A stretch of DNA of 64,000 nucleotides from a bacterium (GTDB taxonomy: Bacteria > CLD3 > SB21), in the NCBI GenBank assembly GCA_013360215.1, contig JABWCP010000016.1, positions 1-64,000 of the forward strand, given 5' to 3'. The translations under genes were made by a program, and so were the position numbers. Position 1 is the first letter of the stretch, and the number at the start of each line of letters is the position of its first letter. The notes beneath the pieces were generated by a model. That model ran no database searches. It saw only the letters and a program-made list of their open reading frames with translations, and had not been told where the DNA came from. Below are positions 38,276 through 48,602 of this stretch, piece after piece.

Positions 38276-38662
38276 ATGAATGTTTTGAACAGCACTTTTT
38301 TGCTGCGCCTTGCCGTTTCGATTACGTTATTCATGCACAGCGTGCCGGGCATGTTTAACGGCGGCGTCAATAATTTCGGTACTTTTTACCTCAACGAAGT
38401 CGGGTTTGCACCTCTAGGTGTTCCGCTGGCGTGGGCTATTAAGCTGTCGCATGTAGCGGCAATTTTTTGCCTGATGTTTGAGAAATACGTAAAGCTGGCT
38501 TCGCTAGTAACGATATTTATTCTGCTCGCCGGTATCGTAATGGTGCACTATCCGGATGGCTGGTATGTGGTTGGCGGGGGACGTAACGGAATGGAATTTA
38601 ATGTGCTTCTGATTTTTGTTTTACTGGCTATTATGTTCCCCAATGGGCTAAAGAAAAATTGA
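38276..38662 (+). CDS. DoxX family membrane protein
   Basis: Four TMs, LLRLAV..HS and VH..GW.VVGGGRNG.EFN motifs; GGAG SD before ATG 38276. Confidence 0.88.
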   Translation: MNVLNSTFLLRLAVSITLFMHSVPGMFNGGVNNFGTFYLNEVGFAPLGVPLAWAIKLSHVAAIFCLMFEKYVKLASLVTIFILLAGIVMVHYPDGWYVVGGGRNGMEFNVLLIFVLLAIMFPNGLKKN

Positions 38663-38685
38663 TATATACTTTTTAAGCTTCTCAT

Positions 38686-38717
38686 AAAAAACGCTGCATG
38701 GTTTGTGCAGCGTTTTT
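38686..38717. terminator. Bidirectional terminator between doxX and uvrA
   Basis: AAAAAACGCTGCA...TGCAGCGTTTTT between convergent genes. Confidence 0.85.
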
Positions 38718-38736
38718 ATTTTTAATGTTTTCGAAT

Positions 38737-41484
38737 TTATCTTTTCAGATACGACTTTAAATGTTTTCCGGTATATGAATTCCCAACCTGCGCTACTTCT
38801 TCGGGCGTGCCGGTGGCAACGATCGTACCGCCTTTATCGCCGCCCTCCGGACCGAGATCAATGATGTAGTCGGCACACTTGATCACATCGAGATTGTGTT
38901 CGATGACGATGATGGAATGACCGGCTTCGATCAGTTTGTTAAAGCTCGTTAACAGTTTATTGATATCTTCAAAATGCAAACCGGTTGTCGGTTCATCCAT
39001 AATATACAGCACGTGATCGCCCGATTTGTCCGCCAAATGAGCCGCTAATTTGACGCGTTGCGCTTCGCCGCCGGACAAAGTCGTTCCCGCCTGACCGAGT
39101 TTGAGATACCCCAAGCCAACGTCGTCCAACACCTGAAGTTTTTTTACAATTTTAGGATGCGCTTTAAAAAACGTCAACGCTTCGGTGATGGACATTTCCA
39201 ACACATCATGGATATTCTTATCGTGAAAATGTACTTCTAAAACTTCTTTTTTATAACGCTTACCTTTACACTCTTCGCATTCGAGATACACGTCGGCAAG
39301 AAACTGCATTTCCACCAAAATTTGTCCCGCACCTTCACAGACTTCGCATCGCCCCCCCGGCACATTAAACGAGAAGGTTCCCGATTGATAGCCACGCATT
39401 TTAGCGGTCGGCGTGGCTGCAAATACGTCACGAATCAGATCAAATACTTTGACGTATGTCGCCGGGTTGCTGCGCGGAGTGCGCCCGATGGGCTGCTGAT
39501 CCACCATTTCGATAGCATCCACATGCTCCACACCGAGTATTTCTTTGTGCAATCCGATTTTATTAGACCATTGACCTTTTTTTCGCATAGCCGCGGCATA
39601 CAAAATGTCATGTATCAGTGTGCTTTTACCGGAACCGCTGACGCCGGTGATGCACACAAACATGCCCAGCGGAAACTGAGCATCAATTCGTTTGAGATTA
39701 TTTTCTGCGGCACCTTTAAGAACGATAGATTGGCCTCTACCTTGACGCCGTTCGGATGGAAGTGTAATTTCTTTTCGACCGGAGAGATACAATCCTGTCA
39801 GCGATGATGTGCTTTGACAAATCGCCGCATGATCCCCCTGAAACACCACTTCTCCGCCGTACATACCCGCACGAGGGCCCATATCAATAATTTCGTGGCA
39901 AGAAGCCATCATATCGCGGTCATGCTCCACGACGACGACGGTGTTGCCTATCGCCTGAAGATTTTTAAGTATATGAATGAGTTTATCATTATCGCGCGGA
40001 TGCAAACCAATACTGGGTTCATCCAAAATATACAAAGAGCCGACCAACGCCGATCCAAGCGACGTCGCCAAACTAATACGTTGCGCTTCGCCGCCGGAGA
40101 GTGTCCCGGCCAGACGATTGCATGTCAGGTATTCGAGCCCGACATTTTTCAGATAGTTATAACGTTTGAGAATTTCTTCCAACGGGCGGCGTGCAATCTC
40201 ACGATCCATTTCCGATAATTGAATGTTTTCAAAAAAATGTACGGCTTCACTAACCGTCATATCATTGATTTCGTGAATCGTTTTATCGGCGACTTTAACA
40301 CAATTGGCATCCGCACGCAGACGTGAACCGCCGCAATCCGAGCACGTCACATAACCCCGGTATTTGCTGAGTAAAACACGCACGTGCATTTTGTAGGTTT
40401 TGCTTTCGAGCCATTTAAAATATTCACGAATTCCGTCAAATCCGTCTCCGCCTTGCATGACTTTTTCGTATTGCTCTTTGGTAAGATCCATGACCGGAAT
40501 GTTCAGCGGAAAGCCGTTTTTCTTAGCCGCTTTTTCCAATCGTTCCTGAAAATCGGCGTAACCGTCCGTCGTCCACGGTTTGATCGCACCTTCCTTAAGT
40601 GTTTTGGTTCGATCCGGTATGACGAGATCCATATCTACTTCGATCTTATTTCCAAAACCCTGACATGACGGACAAGCGCCGTACGGATTATTAAACGAGA
40701 ATAAACGCGGATCAGGTTCGATATATGCCGTGCCGCACGCATTGCATTCAAACTTATTGGAGAAACGAAGCGTTTCGCCTTCCATTATTTGAACGATCAT
40801 TTTGCCTTCACCGTTGAGAAAAGCGGTTTCGACCGAATCGGCAATACGCGCTTTTTCTTCTTTGTTTACAGCGATACGATCTACAAGTACACGGACTGTT
40901 TTTTGTTTCAGGATTTTTTTTACGATGGCTTCGTCATTGAGCTCAGCGATAACATCATCCACGATCAAACGCGTAAAGCCCTTTTCGTGAAGTGACAAAA
41001 TCGTTTGTTCGTTAGCCGCGAGTTCAAAAAGAACATGTAATTTGGTTCGTTCCGGCAAAGCGAGAATCCGTTGTACGACATAACCGACGGTATCTTTTCG
41101 AACCAATGCACCGCAATTTCGGCAGTATGTTTTTCCTGCACGACCAAAGAGCAAACGGAGAAAATCATAAATTTCCGTCACCGTCCCCACCGTTGAGCGC
41201 GGATTTTTGGCCAAAGTGCGCTGTTCGATGGCCAACGCGGGGCTGATACCTTTGATATGATCCACTTCCGGTTTGTCCATGCGCTCCAGAAATTGGCGCG
41301 CATACGCCGATAGTGATTCGACATACCGCCTTTGGCCTTCCGCATACAGCGTATCAAACGCTAATGAAGATTTGCCGGAACCACTGACGCCGGTGATCAC
41401 GATGAATTTGTTTCGTGGAATATTGAGGCTGATATTTTTGAGATTGTGTACGCGTGCACCGCGTATTTCGATCATGGGTTCCAT
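38737..41484 (-). CDS. uvrA: Excinuclease ABC subunit UvrA
   Basis: Two ABC ATPase domains (GVSGSGKS, LSGGEAQR, DEP), YAEGQRRYVESLS, FSFN.P.G.C and Zn fingers. Confidence 0.96.
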   Translation of the reverse strand: MEPMIEIRGARVHNLKNISLNIPRNKFIVITGVSGSGKSSLAFDTLYAEGQRRYVESLSAYARQFLERMDKPEVDHIKGISPALAIEQRTLAKNPRSTVGTVTEIYDFLRLLFGRAGKTYCRNCGALVRKDTVGYVVQRILALPERTKLHVLFELAANEQTILSLHEKGFTRLIVDDVIAELNDEAIVKKILKQKTVRVLVDRIAVNKEEKARIADSVETAFLNGEGKMIVQIMEGETLRFSNKFECNACGTAYIEPDPRLFSFNNPYGACPSCQGFGNKIEVDMDLVIPDRTKTLKEGAIKPWTTDGYADFQERLEKAAKKNGFPLNIPVMDLTKEQYEKVMQGGDGFDGIREYFKWLESKTYKMHVRVLLSKYRGYVTCSDCGGSRLRADANCVKVADKTIHEINDMTVSEAVHFFENIQLSEMDREIARRPLEEILKRYNYLKNVGLEYLTCNRLAGTLSGGEAQRISLATSLGSALVGSLYILDEPSIGLHPRDNDKLIHILKNLQAIGNTVVVVEHDRDMMASCHEIIDMGPRAGMYGGEVVFQGDHAAICQSTSSLTGLYLSGRKEITLPSERRQGRGQSIVLKGAAENNLKRIDAQFPLGMFVCITGVSGSGKSTLIHDILYAAAMRKKGQWSNKIGLHKEILGVEHVDAIEMVDQQPIGRTPRSNPATYVKVFDLIRDVFAATPTAKMRGYQSGTFSFNVPGGRCEVCEGAGQILVEMQFLADVYLECEECKGKRYKKEVLEVHFHDKNIHDVLEMSITEALTFFKAHPKIVKKLQVLDDVGLGYLKLGQAGTTLSGGEAQRVKLAAHLADKSGDHVLYIMDEPTTGLHFEDINKLLTSFNKLIEAGHSIIVIEHNLDVIKCADYIIDLGPEGGDKGGTIVATGTPEEVAQVGNSYTGKHLKSYLKR

Positions 41485-41488
41485 ATAC

Positions 41489-42481
41489 TTACGATTTGAT
41501 AAATGGCTTTAATCCGAATTTCGAAGTGGTCAATGTTTGTACGACTTGTTCGAGCGTCACCTGATTAACATCGCGGCCGTTACGAATCACGGTATGTTTT
41601 TCACCGTAAGGTCCGATATGCCGCTCATCTTTGGGTCCAAAAATTGCAAACACCGGTGTTCCTACGGCGGTCGAAAGATGCATAATTCCGGAATCGTTAG
41701 AAACAAAAAAATGCGCTTGTGCGATCAACGCTGCGGTCTCTTCCAAAGTACACTGTCCTGCAAAATTGAGCGGCTTATGCTGAGCCTGCTCCATAATTTT
41801 TCGCACATCATCCGCTTCATCTTTACCGCCGACAATAAAAACTGTTGCATCGTATGTAGTATATAAATAATCCGCCAAAGCAGCATAACGTTCCGGCGGC
41901 CAACGCTTGAAAGCTGCGGCAGGGTTGCAGCCGGGATGAAAACCAATGACAAGTTTTTTCCTGTCATGTGCTATTTTAGTTTTCATTTTGGCTAGCGCAA
42001 CATCGCTGATATGAAATTTTGGTGATGGTTTTGACCAGTGATTAACTTTTAAAAAATGAAGCAGTTCAAGATTACATTCCAACCGATGAACGCCTTCACC
42101 GATCGGAGTAAGTGCATGATACAAGACATCTAAGTTTCTAGGAAATTTGTGCGGTGAGTGATGTTTGATTCGAACCGGTATACCCGCTAAAACAGGAAGT
42201 AAAAGTTGCGAGTAGGTGTTCGACGGAATGGCACCGATATACAGATCAAACTTTTCTTTGCGTATTTTTCCAACCAACCCGAGATATTTTTTTATCGACG
42301 AAATATCCATCGCCCAGATTTTTTGAATACCCGGATGCGAACGAAACACATGCTGTGTAGCAGCACTACAGAGAACATGTATGTGAGACTGCGGAAAGTT
42401 ATTTTGAATTTCGTTCAACAACGGCTGCGCCATCAGCGCGTCACCGATACCGGCGGAAATACTAAGGAGAATTTTTTCCAT
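41489..42481 (-). CDS. GT9 glycosyltransferase (heptosyltransferase-like)
   Basis: GIGDALM..P, HPG..KRWP, NDSG.MHL and FGP motifs. Confidence 0.92.
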   Translation of the reverse strand: MEKILLSISAGIGDALMAQPLLNEIQNNFPQSHIHVLCSAATQHVFRSHPGIQKIWAMDISSIKKYLGLVGKIRKEKFDLYIGAIPSNTYSQLLLPVLAGIPVRIKHHSPHKFPRNLDVLYHALTPIGEGVHRLECNLELLHFLKVNHWSKPSPKFHISDVALAKMKTKIAHDRKKLVIGFHPGCNPAAAFKRWPPERYAALADYLYTTYDATVFIVGGKDEADDVRKIMEQAQHKPLNFAGQCTLEETAALIAQAHFFVSNDSGIMHLSTAVGTPVFAIFGPKDERHIGPYGEKHTVIRNGRDVNQVTLEQVVQTLTTSKFGLKPFIKS

Positions 42482-42502
42482 TTATTATAAAAAAACCATA
42501 GG

Positions 42503-44356
42503 TTACATTTTCTTATAATATGTATCATACCAACGCGCCAAAAACCAAAGACTCCAAATGCGTGAAGCATGGTTTTTGGAACTGTTTAAATGGGTTGTAA
42601 TCATGGTCTCTATAAAATGAAGGTTCATATGTTCTTTGATCAATTCACAATCCATTATTTCGCGATGAATCATACGGGTTAAATCGGGATTAGATTTGAA
42701 CCAGTCTCGCATCGGTAGCGAAAAACCGCGTTTATTTCGATAGATCAGTTCTTTAGGGAATTGTGGCTCCAATATTTTTTTTAGCACATATTTTTTTTCA
42801 CTTTTACGCATTCTCATCGAAACCGGCATTTGTGCCGCAAGTTCAATAACCTTGTGATCAAGCAGAGGAACTCTGACTTCAATAGAATGCGCCATGCTGG
42901 CTCTATCCACTTTTGTGAGACCATTTTCAGGTAAATAGGTATGCATATCTATATTTTGCATTTTATTCAAAAGCGCATCGGAGCTATTCATATAAGAGTC
43001 GAATAATCGTTCCCGATGTTCTACAGGGAATTTCATCATATCTGCGATTTGGGCCGAATGAAAAATATTAATCATACCGTAATAACGAGTCATATCTGAT
43101 TGCGAATGAAATCGAAGATAATTTTTTCCAAGTATACTCTGCGGCCAAAAAGTGGCTATTTTTGATAACCAATCTTTATTTAACCATGAATTTGATTGGG
43201 ACCATTCCAAAAGTTGTTCGTATCGTTTATAACCGCCAAATACTTCGTCACCGCCATCGCCCGACAAAGCTACAGTCACATGAGATCGGATTATTTTTGC
43301 AATTTGATATGTTGGTACAGCGGAACTGTCTGCAAAAGGTTCATCATAAGCATATACTAAATTCGATAAAATCGTATTGAGATCTGTCGCTTGCACGCTC
43401 TTTTCAACATGTCGGCTTTGTATGATAGCAGACACCTGACGAGCGTACGCGCTTTCGTCAAACTTGCTTTCGTTCATACTGATCGTAAACGTATTGATAG
43501 CGCCAACGTGTTTTGCCATAAAATGAGACACGATAGTAGAATCAATACCCCCGCTTAAAAACGATCCGACAGGCACATCGCTGATCATATGCATGCGGAC
43601 AGAATCTGAAACGACGGATTCAATTTTATCGATCCATACTGTATCGTTATGCGCTCCATCTGTATATTGGCCAAACTGAATGTCCCAGTAGCATTTGTTT
43701 TTCATATTATGTTTGTCCCCATCAAACGTAATATGGAGCCAGTGAGCCGGAGGTAGCTTTTTTATTCTATTATAAATGGAGGACGGAGAAGGCACATAAC
43801 CATATTGCAGGTATTCACGCATTGCTGAATAGTCAATAGTGCGATCTATACTTTTATCTTGAAGAATGGCTTTTATCTCTGAGCCAAATAAAAACTTATT
43901 CTGATCTGCGTAATAATAAATGGGTTTAATTCCAACTCGATCTCTTGCCAAAAAAAGCGATTTGGTACGTTCATCCCAAATGGCTAATGCGAACATTCCA
44001 CGGAATCGGTCTAAGCAACTTGCCCCCCACTGTAGATAAGCTTTAAGAATAACTTCTGTGTCGCTTTGGGTACGAAAGTTCCAACCTAATTTTATTAGTT
44101 CCTCCCTAACTTCACCAAAATTATATGTCTCACCGTTATATACTATGCAAGACTTGCCGTCGTCATCATACATCGGTTGTTGACCTGTTTTCAGATCAAT
44201 GATACTTAAACGACGATGCGCTAATCCGACATGTTGACGAATAAAAAAACCATCGCCATCAGGGCCACGATGAGCCAAGGCATCACCCATCGCCTTAAGT
44301 AAAAACTCATTAACGGGCTCACCAGAAAAATTCATTACACCTGCAATGCCACACAT
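42503..44356 (-). CDS. asnB: Asparagine synthase (glutamine-hydrolysing)-like amidotransferase, glycan-associated
   Basis: MCGIAG, HRGPD, HRRLSIID, FLSGGIDS, LSGDGGDE.FGGY and KVDRASM..S.EVRVP motifs. Confidence 0.93.
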   Translation of the reverse strand: MCGIAGVMNFSGEPVNEFLLKAMGDALAHRGPDGDGFFIRQHVGLAHRRLSIIDLKTGQQPMYDDDGKSCIVYNGETYNFGEVREELIKLGWNFRTQSDTEVILKAYLQWGASCLDRFRGMFALAIWDERTKSLFLARDRVGIKPIYYYADQNKFLFGSEIKAILQDKSIDRTIDYSAMREYLQYGYVPSPSSIYNRIKKLPPAHWLHITFDGDKHNMKNKCYWDIQFGQYTDGAHNDTVWIDKIESVVSDSVRMHMISDVPVGSFLSGGIDSTIVSHFMAKHVGAINTFTISMNESKFDESAYARQVSAIIQSRHVEKSVQATDLNTILSNLVYAYDEPFADSSAVPTYQIAKIIRSHVTVALSGDGGDEVFGGYKRYEQLLEWSQSNSWLNKDWLSKIATFWPQSILGKNYLRFHSQSDMTRYYGMINIFHSAQIADMMKFPVEHRERLFDSYMNSSDALLNKMQNIDMHTYLPENGLTKVDRASMAHSIEVRVPLLDHKVIELAAQMPVSMRMRKSEKKYVLKKILEPQFPKELIYRNKRGFSLPMRDWFKSNPDLTRMIHREIMDCELIKEHMNLHFIETMITTHLNSSKNHASRIWSLWFLARWYDTYYKKM

Positions 44357-44376
44357 AAATGTAACCTCAAATTTTA

Positions 44377-45603
44377 TTATTCGAAAAGTTCCGAATAAAC
44401 TCTCAATGAGTTCTTATAAAACCGTTTAACATTGTATTTTTCAACCACTAGGCGGTGACCACTCTCACCCAATCGCTGCGCCAAAATCGGATCAGCTCGT
44501 AACTGTTCAACAATTCCCGGCATCTCCGATGGAGTATTTATAATATAACCGCAGTTTTGACCTAATATAATCTCTGCAGGACCACCGCTATCGAAAAAAA
44601 CAACTACAGGCTTCTTTTTATACATAGCTTCAACCAATGATACACCAAATGTTTCGTTATCAGAGGATAATACAAACAGATTCATCGCAGACATTGCATC
44701 AGATGGATTTTCAAGAATACCTGTAAACGTTACTTTATCAAGCATGTTGTTATGCGCGACAAATTGTTTGAGGGTTTGTTCTAGAATTGTATCGCCGCCG
44801 CCAACGACAACTAAGTGGAAATCTTTTAAATTCGAAATCATTGAAAATCCCATGAGAAGCCTATCTAAGCGTTTGCGAGTGTCAAACCGACATACAGTTC
44901 CAATCAAAAAAACATTTTTATCAATATTATATGATGCACGAAAACCTGTTTCATCGCCTTTTCTATTATTGAATTCGATACCATTCATTACTATGCGTAT
45001 TTTCTGGGGTTGAATGCCATATTTCTCAACGGCACTTTTAGCGGTATAGCGGCTATTAGCGATTAAATAAGTACACCACTTGCGGAGAAATAGCTCGAAA
45101 TATTTTCGTTTAATAAGTCTGTATAATGAACGTCTGTTAGGAATTTTTGATTGGGAAGTATTCTCCTTTGCCGGTAATTTTATTAATTGATCGCCCCTAC
45201 GGCCATCATCGCTGCGTCGTCTCCATATTGTTTTTTTTATTTTTTTCGCCAAAACGAAGAACACATCCCTTAAGCTTTTCTTGTTAAGCAAATATATTCC
45301 TGATAAACGATATATGAGCGGTTTCCCTGATAAAATACCCGCCAAAAAAAATTTCCAATCTACAAAGTGAAAAACAATAATGTCTTGTTTATCCATTAAA
45401 TTAATCATCTCTCGTAAATCAGTTACGTCGCAATAAACTGGAATTCCTAACGATTTTATTTTTTTAAAATAAGGACCAACAGGATATTTAAAAAAAACCG
45501 AAGTTTGAGTTCTTTGATCTTTTGATTCTTCATTTAAAAGTATATAAAGAACTTTCTCTCGTCCGCCGATATTTCCGTTGCTTATGATGTGAAGTAGTTT
45601 CAT
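44377..45603 (-). CDS. GT4 glycosyltransferase
   Basis: GGRE N-terminus, R...KR and SS.NETFGVSLVEAM (EX7E) motifs. Confidence 0.9.
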   Translation of the reverse strand: MKLLHIISNGNIGGREKVLYILLNEESKDQRTQTSVFFKYPVGPYFKKIKSLGIPVYCDVTDLREMINLMDKQDIIVFHFVDWKFFLAGILSGKPLIYRLSGIYLLNKKSLRDVFFVLAKKIKKTIWRRRSDDGRRGDQLIKLPAKENTSQSKIPNRRSLYRLIKRKYFELFLRKWCTYLIANSRYTAKSAVEKYGIQPQKIRIVMNGIEFNNRKGDETGFRASYNIDKNVFLIGTVCRFDTRKRLDRLLMGFSMISNLKDFHLVVVGGGDTILEQTLKQFVAHNNMLDKVTFTGILENPSDAMSAMNLFVLSSDNETFGVSLVEAMYKKKPVVVFFDSGGPAEIILGQNCGYIINTPSEMPGIVEQLRADPILAQRLGESGHRLVVEKYNVKRFYKNSLRVYSELFE

Positions 45604-46604
45604 ATATCTCTGCCATAGTACTGTGTAGAGTCACTCAAACCGATGGAGTGGACAGAATGGCAACCATATAAGTAATCTAACGTGTACCTGATGGTACTTA
45701 TTATTTGATCAACTTCTAATGGCGATTGCGCATACGGGCTCGCACCAGATTGTAATTCATTACTATGGAACATCATATTCAGTACTATAGGTTCATGAGC
45801 ATTATGAATCTTAATATGATTTTTAATAAGAGTTATCAAGCTATCAGCATTGGTAACTCTCGGTCTTAATGAATATGTTTTTTCTCTTTTCTTTGCAAAG
45901 AGAATACGTGAGAACTTTCTTATTTCGTTTTGTTCTGAAAGTGGTTTTCCTATGAAAAAAGGGATTCGCTGAAAAAGCCAATTATGAACGGTCATTGGCA
46001 CATGTAATATTTTGCAAGTTTCTTGTTTTCCAAAATTCATCCAGTTTTGCACATCAGGATAAAATGGCTTAACCGGAGTATAGTAAAAGTTATATGTGGC
46101 TTTCCCTGTTTTAATTATGTTAAAAGGTAATAAACTGGAGTCAACACTATATCCAAGTTCCGCTAAAATGCGCCATGTATTTTGCCCGATGCCAAACCTT
46201 CCGGCACGGAAGGACTTCGGCATATATCCGAACTTGATCTTAAATAGTTCTGTAAGTGTTCTAAGCTTTTCTCGTTCCAAAGTTTCATTGTAATCAGATT
46301 GAAAATCGTTAGTCCATCTTGGATTTTGAACCTTATCAGGGTCAATGAATTCACCATGTAAATGTGTACCTAATTCGCATCGATCCTGAATTGATTTAAA
46401 ATAACTCACACTTTCTTCATTATACATTACTTCAGGGCTCAATAGATAGGTTGGTTTTATTTTATATCCATCCAACATAGGTTGAAGTTTTTCAGCTACA
46501 CCTTCGTAAATATTACGAAACGAAATCGGATATGGAATACTCCAATCGATACTTTTGTCGCACTCAGTATCAATCGATACTATGAAGAAAACAACTCTAT
46601 TCAT
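45600..46604 (-). CDS. Polysaccharide deacetylase-like (WalW-type) protein
   Basis: SIDTE.D, KPTYL, ELGTHLH, SFRAGRFG, GY.VDSS and MFHSNE motifs. Confidence 0.8.
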   Translation of the reverse strand: MNRVVFFIVSIDTECDKSIDWSIPYPISFRNIYEGVAEKLQPMLDGYKIKPTYLLSPEVMYNEESVSYFKSIQDRCELGTHLHGEFIDPDKVQNPRWTNDFQSDYNETLEREKLRTLTELFKIKFGYMPKSFRAGRFGIGQNTWRILAELGYSVDSSLLPFNIIKTGKATYNFYYTPVKPFYPDVQNWMNFGKQETCKILHVPMTVHNWLFQRIPFFIGKPLSEQNEIRKFSRILFAKKREKTYSLRPRVTNADSLITLIKNHIKIHNAHEPIVLNMMFHSNELQSGASPYAQSPLEVDQIISTIRYTLDYLYGCHSVHSIGLSDSTQYYGRDI

Positions 46605-46647
46605 ACGATCATTATACTAAATAGCAGTCAACTTGGTAAGTTTGATT

Positions 46648-47898
46648 TTATAGTTTTTGCAATAAAAGCCTTAGAATCGTACGAAACTGAAAGCTAACAA
46701 AAAAAACTGCGACTCCGTAAAAGGAAAACGTCAGCCACCGATTCCTCAAGCGATTTATATATGTTAAGATGATTTGATAGCCGGCCAGCATAGCAAAAGA
46801 AAAGAGAACATGATACAATGTAAGTACTCTGGGTGTGATAAAAAAAAACAAATAAAAACATGTTAACCCAATACCTAATGCGATGAATCTTCGATATATT
46901 GAATTCCAAAACATCACACCAGCTATCAAAAAGCAACACCCTATCCACGAATAGGTAGAAATCAAATAGTAAAAAAAACGCTCTGTATTATGTGGCAGAC
47001 GCTCGAGTATTTTACTACCAAAACTAGCCATATACTCCGTTGCCCCCCCCGCCTCTTCAGCATTATCCCATACTCGATGTATGACGTCATATCGCGCATT
47101 ATCGTTTGTTGGATTTTGGTAAGGACTGTTCAATTCGCCAAGGACAAGATTGACATATGTTTTACCGCTTAGTTGCCAAGAGCCAGTCTGATTTTTAAGA
47201 AACAAACTATACGGCAAATAGAGAACTATAAAACATAATACAGCAACCCATTTGACGTTTCGATTATTAAAAGCACTTAATGAAATCACTACAAGCCCCA
47301 ACAGAATCCCTTCCGGTTTAGTTAAAGACAATATTCCCCATAACATGCCTAACATAATTCCCCAAGTAAGGCCCTTATTTTCTTTTCCTATAATAGATGC
47401 CCAAATTAGAGATAAAAACAAAAAAATCATCGGTAACTCTGCATAGCCTCTCCCAGCCTGAATCAAAAACTGAGAATTAAATACAAAGAACATTAACCCG
47501 ACTGTACAGAGATGAGAGCAAAAACCCATCAACTGTAAAATTTTTTTCATCAAGATCGCGGATAAGACATACGAAGCAATTCCTATTCCCAGCAGTGTAG
47601 GCCATTCTACCAAAGTTAGAAAATAAAGAAGTCCTATAAAAATAGGATATCCTGGCGGCAAAACAATATCATAATTATCGTTTAATACGATTCCTTTTCC
47701 ACTAAACAAGCCGCGAGAAATATTAAAATACTCCCATGGGTCATTGAAGGCCATTAAATCATACGGATTACTAATATACCATGCCGTTGAAGCTAAAAGC
47801 ATCAATATCAAAATATCTGCATGATTTTGGATGTAAATAAGAAAACTCTTCTGCCTGTTTCGAAGTTGGAGAGCTTTTATTCTTGTATTTTTACCCAT
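46648..47898 (-). CDS. Polytopic membrane protein, probable GT-C (ArnT/PMT-like) glycosyltransferase
   Basis: First loop D..EY..I..G.G..PPGYP, E after a TM and LTKPEG, plus many TMs. Confidence 0.6.
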   Translation of the reverse strand: MGKNTRIKALQLRNRQKSFLIYIQNHADILILMLLASTAWYISNPYDLMAFNDPWEYFNISRGLFSGKGIVLNDNYDIVLPPGYPIFIGLLYFLTLVEWPTLLGIGIASYVLSAILMKKILQLMGFCSHLCTVGLMFFVFNSQFLIQAGRGYAELPMIFLFLSLIWASIIGKENKGLTWGIMLGMLWGILSLTKPEGILLGLVVISLSAFNNRNVKWVAVLCFIVLYLPYSLFLKNQTGSWQLSGKTYVNLVLGELNSPYQNPTNDNARYDVIHRVWDNAEEAGGATEYMASFGSKILERLPHNTERFFYYLISTYSWIGCCFLIAGVMFWNSIYRRFIALGIGLTCFYLFFFITPRVLTLYHVLFSFAMLAGYQIILTYINRLRNRWLTFSFYGVAVFFVSFQFRTILRLLLQKL

Positions 47899-48602
47899 TA
47901 TCGTTTTGTAGCAATAAATATCATATTTTGACTGAATGGGTTATAGGAAAACATTTTGAAAATAACCTCAATTACTCGAAATATCATACTGGAAACAATA
48001 TCAGGGATAACTTTAGGTAAGTAAACCAGGCCATCATTCATTATTATTCGATCAACATTAAATCCTTGTTTTTCGAGAGCGGCTACAATTTCCTTTCTTG
48101 AATAATATCTCGCAGAAGATTTTTTTTTTCTTTTCAAATATCGTGTGATATATTTTCTACCGCCATATTTATTAGGAGTCAGAATCAACAAATGCCCGTT
48201 TTTTTTTAGAATGCGATGACATTCTTTGAGAACATTTTCTACATCAACATATTCTAACAAACCGACAGAATAAATCACCTCTAATGATTCGTTTTCAATC
48301 CCTGTTTTTTGTGCATCTCCGAGAATGAAGTCAGCTTTTGGATAACGTCTTTTCGCCACATTCAACATATTTTGCGAAACCTCTAAACCTAATACTCTAT
48401 TGGCCGATTCCAAAGCAAAACCTAAATAAGCTCCTGAACCACATCCCAAATCCAATACATTTCGTTTATCACAAAACGAACGAATATGTTCTACGAGAAT
48501 TGGATGCCAGTGGTCGTACAGATATTTCTCGAACACATTACGGTTTTTTCGGTTTTCGTATTGATCTACCGAAATAGTATCATAATAAAGTTTATCATTC
48601 AT
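47898..48602 (-). CDS. Class I SAM-dependent methyltransferase
   Basis: VLDLGCGSG, GDA, LEYV and RILK..G.L.I.TPN motifs. Confidence 0.92.
   Translation of the reverse strand: MNDKLYYDTISVDQYENRKNRNVFEKYLYDHWHPILVEHIRSFCDKRNVLDLGCGSGAYLGFALESANRVLGLEVSQNMLNVAKRRYPKADFILGDAQKTGIENESLEVIYSVGLLEYVDVENVLKECHRILKKNGHLLILTPNKYGGRKYITRYLKRKKKSSARYYSRKEIVAALEKQGFNVDRIIMNDGLVYLPKVIPDIVSSMIFRVIEVIFKMFSYNPFSQNMIFIATKR

Noticed and set aside
42503-44356. AsnB-like gene as a lasso-peptide cyclase or housekeeping asparagine synthetase
   Set aside because: Intact N-terminal Cys glutaminase domain, no B protein or precursor peptide, and a glycan-locus context point to a sugar amidotransferase.
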